A DNA stretch of 64,000 bases from Candidatus Bathyarchaeota archaeon. GTDB taxonomy: Archaea; Thermoproteota; Bathyarchaeia; 40CM-2-53-6. The translations under genes were made by a program, and so were the position numbers. This document shows positions 28,870-38,153 of the stretch, in pieces (positions within the stretch are counted from its first letter, which is position 1; every line of letters begins with the position of its first letter). The notes under the pieces were generated by a model. The model ran no database searches. It saw only the letters and a list, made by a program, of their open reading frames with translations, and had not been told where the DNA came from. The stretch lies in contig CAVTBR010000003.1 in NCBI GenBank assembly GCA_963733055.1, positions 1 to 64,000 of the forward strand. The letters are read 5' to 3'.

Positions 28870-30111
28870 TTGAGCAAAGTCAAGGATTCGTCTCTCGCGG
28901 CTCAAGGTGAGTTGAAGATAGAGTGGGCTCGCGTCCACATGCCCGTGCTCGACATGATCCAGGCTCGATTCGAGAAAGAGCAACCCTTTCGCGGGCTTTC
29001 GATCGGGATGTGCATGCATCTAGAAATGAAGACCGCAGTTTTGGGAGAAGTTTTCCAGGCGGGTGGCGCTATCGTGGCCATCACGGGCAGCAACCCGTTA
29101 TCGACACAGGACGATGTGGCGGCAGCGCTGGCAAAGTCTGGAGCCAACGTGTACGCTTGGCGGGGAGTGACTCCCGAAGAGCATCATCAGAATCTGCTCC
29201 GCGTATTGGGACATAAGCCTCGCATCGTGATCGACGATGGAGGGGAGCTCTCCGTCACTATCCACACTGAACACAAAGGGTTGCTTCCTGAGATGATCGG
29301 GGCTTGCGAAGAAACCACAACCGGCGTGCACCGCTACCGGGCGATGGAGAAGGATGGTTCCCTCAAATACCCCGTCATTGCCGTGAACGATGCTCACACG
29401 AAATTTCTCTTCGACAGCCAACACGGCACAGGCCAGTCAGCGTTGGAGGGTGTGATGCGTGCGACGAACATGCTCATTGCCGGTAAGACGATTGTAGTCG
29501 GAGGCTTCGGTTGGGTAGGCCGCGGCATAGCTCTAAGAGCAAAAGGGCTCGGGGCGAAGGTCGTAGTAACCGAAGTTGATCCGGTAAGGGCTTTGGAGGC
29601 AGTGATGGAGGGGTATTCGGTCATGCCGATGAAAGAAGCGGCCAAGGAGGGGGACATTTTCATCACCGCCACTGGCTGCAATCAAATCATAACCTCCGAA
29701 CACTTCGGGGCAATGAAAGACGGCGCAATTTTGGCAAACTCCGGCCACTTCGACGTCGAGGTCGACGTCAAGGCTCTCCATGAACAAGCAGCCTCGGTTC
29801 GAACGGCGAGGTTGAATGTGGAGGAGTTCAAAATGAATGACGGGCGACGAATTTACTTACTAGCCGAAGGCCGATTAGTTAACCTGGCGGCGGCTGACGG
29901 CCACCCCGCCGAGGTCATGGACATGACCTTCGCCAATCAGGCCCTCTGCGCGGAATACCTACTGAAGAATAAAGGAAAGCTGGAGCCCAAAGTCTACGGA
30001 GTCCCAGCCGCCATCGACAAATCAGTAGCAAGGCTCTGGCTCGAAAGCCACGATATGAAAATTGACACCTCAAGCCAGGACCAGTTACGGTACCTCGATT
30101 CGTGGCGGTAG
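28870..30111 (+). CDS. ahcY: adenosyl/inosylhomocysteine hydrolase
   Basis: HLEMKT, SNPLSTQD, EETTTG, GHFDVE and GHPAEVMD motifs. Start at TTG 28870 or ATG 28834. Confidence 0.95.
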   Translation: MSKVKDSSLAAQGELKIEWARVHMPVLDMIQARFEKEQPFRGLSIGMCMHLEMKTAVLGEVFQAGGAIVAITGSNPLSTQDDVAAALAKSGANVYAWRGVTPEEHHQNLLRVLGHKPRIVIDDGGELSVTIHTEHKGLLPEMIGACEETTTGVHRYRAMEKDGSLKYPVIAVNDAHTKFLFDSQHGTGQSALEGVMRATNMLIAGKTIVVGGFGWVGRGIALRAKGLGAKVVVTEVDPVRALEAVMEGYSVMPMKEAAKEGDIFITATGCNQIITSEHFGAMKDGAILANSGHFDVEVDVKALHEQAASVRTARLNVEEFKMNDGRRIYLLAEGRLVNLAAADGHPAEVMDMTFANQALCAEYLLKNKGKLEPKVYGVPAAIDKSVARLWLESHDMKIDTSSQDQLRYLDSWR

Positions 30112-30291
30112 AATTTCTGAAGATCTCTTGAGAAACTAACGGGCTATGGATGGGCAGCTAATCAGGCCCGGACATTCTGTTAGCCGAGCAACATATTGTC
30201 CTCACCAACTGCTGTTGGAGAGCCCCAGAAAACTACGCTTCCCCACAGAGAGCGCGCGGGTCAGATCCAACCGCCCCGGTTACCGTTGACA

Positions 30292-30792
30292 CTAGGCGCG
30301 GGAACAGTCGTTTCCCAAGCAGATGGGTTCTTGCCGTGCCGTCGCGTATCCGATGGAGCTCGCTGCGACCGTCGCGTTTGCGGCCGTTATCGAGAGTGTA
30401 CCTGAAACGGAGCCGTAGTTGTTGTTCACGAGGACAACGACATATTCGCCCCCAGACGGGGCCGCCCAATTCGCTGAACCCAATGCACCCGAATTGGAAT
30501 AGGGCCCAACCGGGCCAGAGTCACAGAACCAAATTTCATGGATCGATGAGGCAGGGGCAATGTAAAGGTCGAGTGAGGTCGGGGTGACAACGGTCTCGGT
30601 CCACTTAACCTTGAATCGTTCGCCCGGTGCGGCATCGAATAGAACTCCCCAATACCAACATGACACCATCGACACTCCCTTCAACGAGAATGAGTACGTT
30701 GGGTATGTTTGGGCAGACCCAGGGGTTGAGGCAAAGCTGCTCGCAACAGTCAAGACTAGTAGGAACGCAGTGATTGAGATTCTGAGCCGCAT
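30292..30792 (-). CDS. secreted hypothetical protein
   Basis: Signal peptide; beta-rich; GGEYVVVLVN. Confidence 0.6.
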   Translation of the reverse strand: MRLRISITAFLLVLTVASSFASTPGSAQTYPTYSFSLKGVSMVSCWYWGVLFDAAPGERFKVKWTETVVTPTSLDLYIAPASSIHEIWFCDSGPVGPYSNSGALGSANWAAPSGGEYVVVLVNNNYGSVSGTLSITAANATVAASSIGYATARQEPICLGNDCSRA

Positions 30793-30847
30793 GAGAATCT
30801 TTACGACTCAGCTCCGAATTAAACTCTCGATTCTCGTAGTGGATGGA

Positions 30848-31657
30848 TTAAGTCTGGACGATACGTGTATGAAGACTCGGCCAACTAATTCTTGGTAGCT
30901 GAATTGGGATTACCGGGTTCGGGAGCGGTACGTGAAGGTAGATATAGACAGCGAATCCTAGGCCGATCAGGGTCGCTATGATGACGAGGTAATCCGCCGG
31001 CCGCATCTTCAGTATGACGATGCTTGTCCGCTTCTCCGTTGCTCCAAAAGCTCGCGCCTCTAAAGCCTCGGCGAGTTCAACACTTCTCCGTATCGCTGAG
31101 ATTATGAGCGGGATTAGGATTGGGACGTAGTTGCGTATGCGTTTCATGAAATTCCCCTTATCCAGCTCAAGGCCACGGGAACGTTGAGCGTCTACAACCG
31201 TCTGAGCATCTATCGCCATAGTCGGCACGAGCCTCACCGCCGTAGTGAACGTGAACGCGATTGAGTACGGAGCGTGAATCTGTTCAAGCGCCAAACCCAA
31301 GTCATCTGCTGACGTTGTCATGAAGAAGAGGGAGAAAGCTGAAACAACCGCTAGGAAACGTACCGAGAACGCTATCGCTTGAACCAGCGCCGTGCCGAAA
31401 ATTATGTTCATAATGAAAATGAACCCGCCATAGATGAGTACGCCGCGCATGGACTGCAACCAACGTTTCACAGTCTTCGCGACTAACACTATCGGCACCT
31501 GCAAGAGAAAGGCGGTGAGGAGGGCGAAGATGTTTGTGAACATTAGCGCGGAAACGAAGAATCCAAGCATTAGCATGAACTTACTTCGTGGGTCGAGCCG
31601 ATGCATCGGGCTATCGAGTTTTGTAAACTTGAAACCTTGAACAAACTTGAGCGACAA
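30848..31657 (-). CDS. ecfT: ECF transporter T component
   Basis: LDPRSK, AQRSRG and ALEARAF motifs. Confidence 0.92.
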   Translation of the reverse strand: MSLKFVQGFKFTKLDSPMHRLDPRSKFMLMLGFFVSALMFTNIFALLTAFLLQVPIVLVAKTVKRWLQSMRGVLIYGGFIFIMNIIFGTALVQAIAFSVRFLAVVSAFSLFFMTTSADDLGLALEQIHAPYSIAFTFTTAVRLVPTMAIDAQTVVDAQRSRGLELDKGNFMKRIRNYVPILIPLIISAIRRSVELAEALEARAFGATEKRTSIVILKMRPADYLVIIATLIGLGFAVYIYLHVPLPNPVIPIQLPRISWPSLHTRIVQT

Positions 31658-31662
31658 TCAAA

Positions 31663-32499
31663 TCAACTCTTGAAAACCATGCTCTTTCGGCGCATTTGTG
31701 CAACTACGAAGTCTTTGGCAGAATATGCATCAATGATGTCCGAGGGAGCGCCCAGGTCGCCTAGGTTTTTCATGAGAGTTGAGATCTGAGGAAGCACAAG
31801 TGATGCTTGCTGGACTAGGGATGAGTTTGTCAGAATCGTCGTGGCCGAACCGTCGCCGATAACCTTCCCATGTGAGAGCAGTACGACTCGTGGCTTGCAT
31901 TCGGCAACGAACTCTACGTCATGCGTAACGATCACAACTGTCTTTCCCTGAGAAACGAGTTGCATTATGAAGTTCCTCAGCCGGTCTTTCTGAAGGTAAT
32001 CTTGGCCGATTGTTGGTTCGTCCATTATCACATGCTTTGGATCCCAAACCAAGATCGCTGCTAGCGCAACACGTTTCCGTTCTCCGCCGCTCAATACGAA
32101 TGGCGAAGATTTCTCGTAGCGGTCTAAATCCAAGGTATTTAGGATGGAGGTTACGCGTCTCTCAATAACGTCCTCGCTGAAGCCGAAGTTTCTGAGGGAA
32201 AACGCTAACTCTTGGGCGACCGTTTCGGCGAATAGTTGGTTGTCGGGGTTCTGGAAGATTAGGCCGACGTCTCGTGAAAGTTGAGCTACAGATTTCTTGC
32301 GGGTGTCTATCCCGTCGACCGTTATGGTTCCAGTATCTGGCTTGAGCAGGCCGTTGAACATTTTTACTAGCGTTGTTTTTCCTGCTCCGTTCTCGCCCAT
32401 TATAGCGACGAACTCGCCATCTCGGATTTCGAGGTTTGCTCCTTGCAGAACCTCGGGTCCGTCTGGATAGTGGAAGGTGACGTTTTGGATGGAGATCAT
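31663..32499 (-). CDS. ecfA: ECF transporter ATPase
   Basis: GENGAGKT, FQNPD, LSGGE and DEPT motifs. Confidence 0.92.
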   Translation of the reverse strand: MISIQNVTFHYPDGPEVLQGANLEIRDGEFVAIMGENGAGKTTLVKMFNGLLKPDTGTITVDGIDTRKKSVAQLSRDVGLIFQNPDNQLFAETVAQELAFSLRNFGFSEDVIERRVTSILNTLDLDRYEKSSPFVLSGGERKRVALAAILVWDPKHVIMDEPTIGQDYLQKDRLRNFIMQLVSQGKTVVIVTHDVEFVAECKPRVVLLSHGKVIGDGSATTILTNSSLVQQASLVLPQISTLMKNLGDLGAPSDIIDAYSAKDFVVAQMRRKSMVFKS

Positions 32500-33335
32500 T
32501 TGGTTAAGAGCCTTCTAAGTTCGTCAGAGGCTTGGTCTACCGTGATTGGATTGGTTAGATTGAATCCTTCCGTGCGTAGGAGATGGAATAACATCGTAAC
32601 TCTTGGAAGTCCAACTCCGATCAGTCTTGCTCGCTCATTGTACACCTCGCTCGGCGCTCCATCCAACGCAACTTTGCCATCGTCCATGACGATTACTCGG
32701 TTGGCATATCGTGAAACAATATCCAACCGGTGTTCGACAAGTAGTGTCGTCAATCCGATCTCTTTGCTCAGTTTTGCTATTGCGGCGACTATCTCTTCCG
32801 CGGATTTCGGGTCCAGGAAGGAGGTAGGTTCATCAAGAACTAATATGCTGGGACGCATCGCAAGAATCCCCGCGATAGCCGCACGTTGCTGTTGTCCTCC
32901 TGACAGCTCGTAAGGCGCTTTGCCACGCAGGTCATAGATTCCTGTAGCGCGCATGGCCCATTCAACCCGCTCTATTGCCTCCTCTCTGGGAACGCCCATG
33001 TTCTCCAGCCCGAACCCCACGTCTCTCTCAACCGATAACGAGAAGAGTTGGTTCTCGGGGTTTTGAAAGACAAAGCCTACGTGTGATGCTAGTTCCGCTG
33101 TTGTCTTCCCGTTTACGTTAACCCCGTCAACTTCTAAATTCCCTGTAAGGTCGCCGGAGTAGAAGTTTGGAATGAGCCCGTTGAGGCATCTGCACAGTGT
33201 GGTTTTCCCGCAACCACTCGGTCCAGTTAGGATTACGAACTCGCCTTTCTCTATAGAAACCGAAACGTTCTCCATCGACGGCTTCTCAGCGCCGGCGTAC
33301 TTGAACGAGAGATTCCGCGCTGAGATTGCAGCCAC
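32496..33335 (-). CDS. ecfA: ECF transporter ATPase
   Basis: GPSGCGKT, FQNPE, LSGGQ and DEPT motifs. Confidence 0.92.
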   Translation of the reverse strand: MAAISARNLSFKYAGAEKPSMENVSVSIEKGEFVILTGPSGCGKTTLCRCLNGLIPNFYSGDLTGNLEVDGVNVNGKTTAELASHVGFVFQNPENQLFSLSVERDVGFGLENMGVPREEAIERVEWAMRATGIYDLRGKAPYELSGGQQQRAAIAGILAMRPSILVLDEPTSFLDPKSAEEIVAAIAKLSKEIGLTTLLVEHRLDIVSRYANRVIVMDDGKVALDGAPSEVYNERARLIGVGLPRVTMLFHLLRTEGFNLTNPITVDQASDELRRLLTK

Positions 33336-33362
33336 CGTACATGCCCCTGCGGGTCTTTACTC

Positions 33363-34421
33363 TCATTCTTGGGTAATTACTCCAGTCTGAGATGGAGCCT
33401 GCGCATTACCCGAAGGCATAGTATTAGCCTTTGTTTGAGGGACCAAGTAATCTCTGATTAGAGACAAAACGAGTTTGAACGCTTGATTAACGTCACCGGT
33501 TACATTCGCTCCAGCGGCAGTTGCATGCCCACCCCCCATTCCGTCCATCCTTACTCCAAGCGGATTCGCCAAATCTCTTCCAACGTGAAGTCCCGTCTCT
33601 GATGCGAATTCGCGGGTCGAACGGAAACTGACGGTCAATTCATCATTTCTCTTGCCTGCCACTATTGCTAGGTGAGCGCCCAAAGCGATGAGGGCTCGCG
33701 CCGCAGATGCATGGTAGGATCCTATTTCTGAAAGTGCAATCACCCACTTGCCCACGCGCTCCATTCTCAATCGCTGCGCAGACTTCAACCGAGCAATTCG
33801 TTCTGATTCGTCCATCGAAGAACGGGTAACTGCTAATGCTGCTTCGGGGTCAGCGCCGGCTCTGATCAGGGAGCATGCTGAGTCGAAGGTTCGGCGCGTA
33901 GCGATTGCCATGTGGCCGGTCTCGACAATCAATCCGATGAAGAGTGCTTGGCTGGCGATTCGGCTTGGAGTTAGGTGAAGTTTCGCGTGCATGTCGAGAA
34001 TCATTTCACAAGTCGATGTAGCCTTATCGTCACAAATCACGAATGTTGCTGTCTTTGCGTTTTCCGGATGGGGCGCGTGGTGGTCGATCATAACCAAAGG
34101 CTTTCTGGACTCGAGAACTGGGCCCTTCAGGTTGCCAAGCTGCTGCAGTGTGTTAGTGTCCACGGTCACGATCAGATCCGCCCTCGACGGATCCGGATTC
34201 TCCACGACTTCTAACGCAACTGTTTTGAGAACTTGCTTCGATAGTTTACTCACTCCGTCCGGGGAAGCGAAGCTTAGCTTAAGTTTTCTGTTAATCCGCT
34301 TGGCGAGAAGGGTGAACGCGTAAGCGGAACAAACGGCGTCTGGATCGGCGTTTTGGTGCCCGAGAACTAGTACCGAATCAACGCTGTTGAGTAGCTTGAC
34401 TAGGCGGGCGTATCTAGGCAT
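33363..34421 (-). CDS. DHH/DHHA1 phosphoesterase
   Basis: HQNADPD, IDHH and GGGHATAAG motifs. Confidence 0.9.
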   Translation of the reverse strand: MPRYARLVKLLNSVDSVLVLGHQNADPDAVCSAYAFTLLAKRINRKLKLSFASPDGVSKLSKQVLKTVALEVVENPDPSRADLIVTVDTNTLQQLGNLKGPVLESRKPLVMIDHHAPHPENAKTATFVICDDKATSTCEMILDMHAKLHLTPSRIASQALFIGLIVETGHMAIATRRTFDSACSLIRAGADPEAALAVTRSSMDESERIARLKSAQRLRMERVGKWVIALSEIGSYHASAARALIALGAHLAIVAGKRNDELTVSFRSTREFASETGLHVGRDLANPLGVRMDGMGGGHATAAGANVTGDVNQAFKLVLSLIRDYLVPQTKANTMPSGNAQAPSQTGVITQE

Positions 34422-34708
34422 AGTTTGAGCTCCCTTGCCTTGGCTTCCGCGGCGGAGAACGCCAAATCAGTAGCCTCATCGACCAGAGGATCGACGTCCT
34501 CGTTTCCGCTTGCCAACTCGATTCCAACGTCGACAGAGAGGACTAGAGGCTTGCTACCAACCGCTTCGACCATAACATCAAGGTCACTAAGGCGCTTGAG
34601 TGGTATCTTGGACATTAGGTGTCTTCGCGCCGCGTCCTCGGCTGCGAGGCACATTTGTTCAATTTCATCATCGGTTGGTGCTCGCATTAGTTCGATAGTC
34701 ATTTTCAA
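34400..34708 (-). CDS. conserved archaeal protein (DUF3194-like)
   Basis: Lies directly downstream of pfdB; AAEDAARRHL...LSDLDV pattern. Confidence 0.65.
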   Translation of the reverse strand: MKMTIELMRAPTDDEIEQMCLAAEDAARRHLMSKIPLKRLSDLDVMVEAVGSKPLVLSVDVGIELASGNEDVDPLVDEATDLAFSAAEAKARELKLCLDTPA

Positions 34709-34750
34709 TCCCTAGGTTGCCGAAGTGGTGTCTAACCACTGGATGGGTTT

Positions 34751-35119
34751 TTACTGTTGGGTGGGCGTTCTTGATCCAAGTCGTTCTTGTAGTTTTTCTT
34801 GAACTTCCTTCAGACGTTCTTTGGTTCTATCTTCCTGCTTGCCCAATACCGTAACTCGTGTTGTAAGCAGTTCCTTCCGCTCTTTCAACTCTGTCAGCAG
34901 GGTCTGTCTATTGGACTTGACAAGTATGCTGCCGACGCTCTTGTAAACGGGTGTCTCGTCAGTTGACTTTTCAAGCTCAGCCAACGCCTTCTCCGTTTCG
35001 TTGAGCTCAAGCTCCAATTGCTGTTTCTGGGATGAAACGGACTGCATGGTTTGCTGCAGCTGCTGTAACCTAACCAGTTGTTCTTGGACTTGTGGTGGCA
35101 GCTCAACTTCTTCGCCCAA
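34751..35119 (-). CDS. pfdB: prefoldin beta subunit
   Basis: LPPQVQ...VYKSVGSILVK flanked by coiled coils. Confidence 0.93.
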   Translation of the reverse strand: MGEEVELPPQVQEQLVRLQQLQQTMQSVSSQKQQLELELNETEKALAELEKSTDETPVYKSVGSILVKSNRQTLLTELKERKELLTTRVTVLGKQEDRTKERLKEVQEKLQERLGSRTPTQQ

Positions 35120-35273
35120 GACAAATCCCTTCAGAATTCCAGAATCCGCGTACCCATAGACGGCGACCTATTAAGCATTTCAGACCTCGACCGCAACTTA
35201 CCTCTCAACTTGACACTTTCTTTCAACTCTCTAACCTAAATCCAAAACATACCGAGCTGTTAGAAGACTCAGG

Positions 35274-35594
35274 ATGATTACTAACAGCGGCAAACACATT
35301 CAAATTTCCGAAAGGCGCTACTGCAAGAAATGCAAAACCATCAGCGAACAAATCTGTCATAAAGTCAGATACGAAGACAACCCCGAACAAGAAGAAACGC
35401 TACTCAAGAAAAGCTACTGGATATGCTCAACCTGCGTAACGGAAAGCGAGGAACTCAAGGTTCAACCGATTCCCGGCGACAAAGTAAGAATCATGAATCG
35501 GCTGCTCAGAATGCAAGACGACTACGCAATTACGTCAATGAAGATCGCATCGCAATCAGACAGACTTGTGATTGAAATAGCGGTCAAGAATTAG
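35274..35594 (+). CDS. zinc-ribbon hypothetical protein
   Basis: CKKC...CSTC. Confidence 0.6.
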   Translation: MITNSGKHIQISERRYCKKCKTISEQICHKVRYEDNPEQEETLLKKSYWICSTCVTESEELKVQPIPGDKVRIMNRLLRMQDDYAITSMKIASQSDRLVIEIAVKN

Positions 35595-35667
35595 CCACTT
35601 ACTTGACCTATCTGAGTTTTAATCTAAGATCCGTTGTGAATTAGCCCAGCCTGTATGGTGGCCACTC

Positions 35668-36777
35668 ATGCCAGACCTTCTCAAAAAGAATATAGAGAAT
35701 GACGAGGAAACGGGGACGACAAGCGGGCTCCTAACCTATGCGAATGCTAAGGTAGGCCTTCCCAACAAGTTCGCCACAACAACCGAACTGAATGCAACAA
35801 AGCTAGTAGGTCTAAAACAGGAATTTCCAACCGAGATTATTGTCGCGGGCAAACTGATCTACCCTGAAACCTTGAAGCGGATTCTGAAAGAAGAAGAGTT
35901 TCTCAAGGAGTTCTCAAGGCGGCTGGCCCGCGAGACGAGCGTTCACGAAGATGCGCTCGGCATGCTGTTTCTAGTCCTGAAGGGAGAAGCGGCTCTTACC
36001 GAGTCAGCGGATTTGCGAACCGTGCTCGACCTCCAATACTTTGCCGACATGGATGTTATCACCGTGCAACAGAGCCCGGGGGTTTCTCCAGCCGACTTCC
36101 TGCGGCTGTACAAATTCGCTGAAAGATGGGTGAAAAACCGGGGGCTGGACAAACCATTGATGCCCGTGCTCTCTCCCGCGGCTACATCGGATGATTTCGA
36201 GAAGAGTCTGAAACCGTTGCTAAAAGGAGGGGTGAAGGCCCTTGGCTTCGACATGCGGGGTGGGTTTTATTATCAGGCGCTTCGTTCGCTAGAGGAAGCG
36301 AAGAAGAAGGATCCTGAGCTGTGGGTTCACGCCTTCCAGATTCCCCCTAAGATTCGATTCGCCAGAGCATATACCCGATGCTCCGAAGGAATGATGCTTC
36401 CTTTCTTTGGGGTTGACAGTTTTAACAGATGGGTTGTTCCGCCACCGCCCGTCCCACTTACCAAAGATAAGATCAACATGTTTGATTCCACGAACTGGGG
36501 TGTCTTCAAACGGAAGGAATGGACCAAGGAATACGGCGCACGGTTGAGTTGCACGTGCCCAATGTGCAACAAGCAGCGGCTACCAACATTCTTTCTCGGG
36601 CAGGTTCTGACCGTTTTGGGGCGGAGCAAGGTTCATGATCATTACGCGCAACGAGAACAGCTGTTGGCGTTGGCGGGGCACGTGAAGCGTGGGAATGTGA
36701 AGGGCTTCGTTTCTAGGAAAAAGTACCCGAACGATTTTCTCAAACAGGCTTCGGGCACGGAACCGGCGGCTGACTAA
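35668..36777 (+). CDS. divergent tRNA-guanine transglycosylase (TGT)-like protein
   Basis: WVHAF...FGVDSF and C-terminal CTCPMC...H zinc site typical of the TGT fold; no DSGG motif. Confidence 0.55.
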   Translation: MPDLLKKNIENDEETGTTSGLLTYANAKVGLPNKFATTTELNATKLVGLKQEFPTEIIVAGKLIYPETLKRILKEEEFLKEFSRRLARETSVHEDALGMLFLVLKGEAALTESADLRTVLDLQYFADMDVITVQQSPGVSPADFLRLYKFAERWVKNRGLDKPLMPVLSPAATSDDFEKSLKPLLKGGVKALGFDMRGGFYYQALRSLEEAKKKDPELWVHAFQIPPKIRFARAYTRCSEGMMLPFFGVDSFNRWVVPPPPVPLTKDKINMFDSTNWGVFKRKEWTKEYGARLSCTCPMCNKQRLPTFFLGQVLTVLGRSKVHDHYAQREQLLALAGHVKRGNVKGFVSRKKYPNDFLKQASGTEPAAD

Positions 36778-37346
36778 ACTTTACCCTCAGTCATCTTCGT
36801 CATCAAGGCGGGAAGGTTCACTTCTGACTTGGTTCTCCAACCCAGAGCCATAACCCCCGCATCGTCTTCATCTAGGTAACCAGTCCTGAGAAAAATGTCT
36901 ACCAATGTCGCCGCCTTCCAACGCCCATACTTCAACGCGATCACTTTCTCAACGTCGTCCCGTGGTGCCTTGCCTTGCTTTGCGACGAGGTATGCGATCG
37001 CGCCGCTAAGCGCTGCTAGATTATCGATGCGCCACCCAATCATCTTGGCTTCTTTCAAACCAAGCGACCCCTTCAGTGCCACGTGGTACCGAGCCTCGTC
37101 CATTGCAACAGGTGTACCCTCTTCTGTCATCTGTCCGCTGGACGGTTCTGTCACTTTCTTGACCTCCAAATCAAGTTCCGATAACATTTGGTTGAGCTGT
37201 TCAAGTACCTGCTCGTAGTTCTTGCCGACTTTTTCTTTCAGCTCCCATTCTCTCGCGCCCGGCATCTTTCCGCGGCGGAAAACTAGAAGGTGAATGGCTC
37301 GTTTCAGTTTGTCCGAATAGAAGCTCTTTGTTTCCGTTTTCTCCAT
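36774..37346 (-). CDS. tandem winged-helix KITE-like (Nse1/Nse3/ScpB-like) protein
   Basis: Two WH-like halves ending GYLDE...LGWRTKSE; third gene of the SMC operon. Confidence 0.6.
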   Translation of the reverse strand: MEKTETKSFYSDKLKRAIHLLVFRRGKMPGAREWELKEKVGKNYEQVLEQLNQMLSELDLEVKKVTEPSSGQMTEEGTPVAMDEARYHVALKGSLGLKEAKMIGWRIDNLAALSGAIAYLVAKQGKAPRDDVEKVIALKYGRWKAATLVDIFLRTGYLDEDDAGVMALGWRTKSEVNLPALMTKMTEGKV

Positions 37347-37350
37347 GAAG

Positions 37351-38151
37351 CTATGCCTCCTTGGGGATGGGTATGGGGAAACTGGTGCCGCCTTCCAGTG
37401 GTTTCTCTGAGGGCGTTTCCTTGGGTATCAACGTGATCTGCTCTCCTTCAAGTAGTAACTGCGCGTAGCCGTATGTGACTAGGAAACTTACCAGGTATGC
37501 TCGTTTCACTGTCTCTTGGTGGTTTGGGCCTTTGACAAACCGCCAGTAGTCGACCGGTTTCGGTTCGGCGGTGTATATTTGGCGCAACTCATTCCATAAC
37601 CCAGTCAATTGTTTTCCGATTTCTTCTCCGTGAATTCCAAGGCCGGTCAGAGTCTCGGAATCCGCTCTCCCTGGGTTCTTACCCCGCTGGTAGGCTCGTC
37701 GTTTCCACCTCTCTTGGATTGGCAAGAGGAGGTTCCAGTAGTCAAGGCCGGCGGAGACCGTTTCGTTCGTTAGTTGTTCCAATTCGGCGATTGGATGCCA
37801 ACTCTGTAGGAATACTTCGGCAAGTCGCTTTTCGCTCATTCTTTGGAACTTCTTTGCCACAAACTCCGGTTCCGCGTAGAGGGCGCTCGATTGAAACTTT
37901 AGCTGGGTATTTTGCAGCCTTACGACTTCCGAGAGCCGATTCAGGGCGTGGGCATCGAGGCAGTGGTCTTCAAACCCCTCCCAATGAGGGAAGTATTCGC
38001 GCAGGGTTTCAACGCCAAGCTTGACATCTAGGAAGAACGGGTTGAATTTCCTTCGCTCGATGGCATCACAGGTTTGGATGACCTCTTTCAACTCTCTTCT
38101 CCCCGACGCCAATACTTGACGCCCGCCCTTTGCTTTCGGCTTCTCTGTCAA
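37351..38151 (-). CDS. kleisin-like (ScpA-like) protein
   Basis: N-terminal NPFFLDV (cf. ScpA DPWxID) and C-terminal WH (RAYLVSFLVTYG); follows smc. Confidence 0.6.
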   Translation of the reverse strand: MTEKPKAKGGRQVLASGRRELKEVIQTCDAIERRKFNPFFLDVKLGVETLREYFPHWEGFEDHCLDAHALNRLSEVVRLQNTQLKFQSSALYAEPEFVAKKFQRMSEKRLAEVFLQSWHPIAELEQLTNETVSAGLDYWNLLLPIQERWKRRAYQRGKNPGRADSETLTGLGIHGEEIGKQLTGLWNELRQIYTAEPKPVDYWRFVKGPNHQETVKRAYLVSFLVTYGYAQLLLEGEQITLIPKETPSEKPLEGGTSFPIPIPKEA

Positions 38152-38153
38152 AT

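Noticed and set aside
30848-33335. ECF module without an S component
   Set aside because: Normal for group II ECF transporters.
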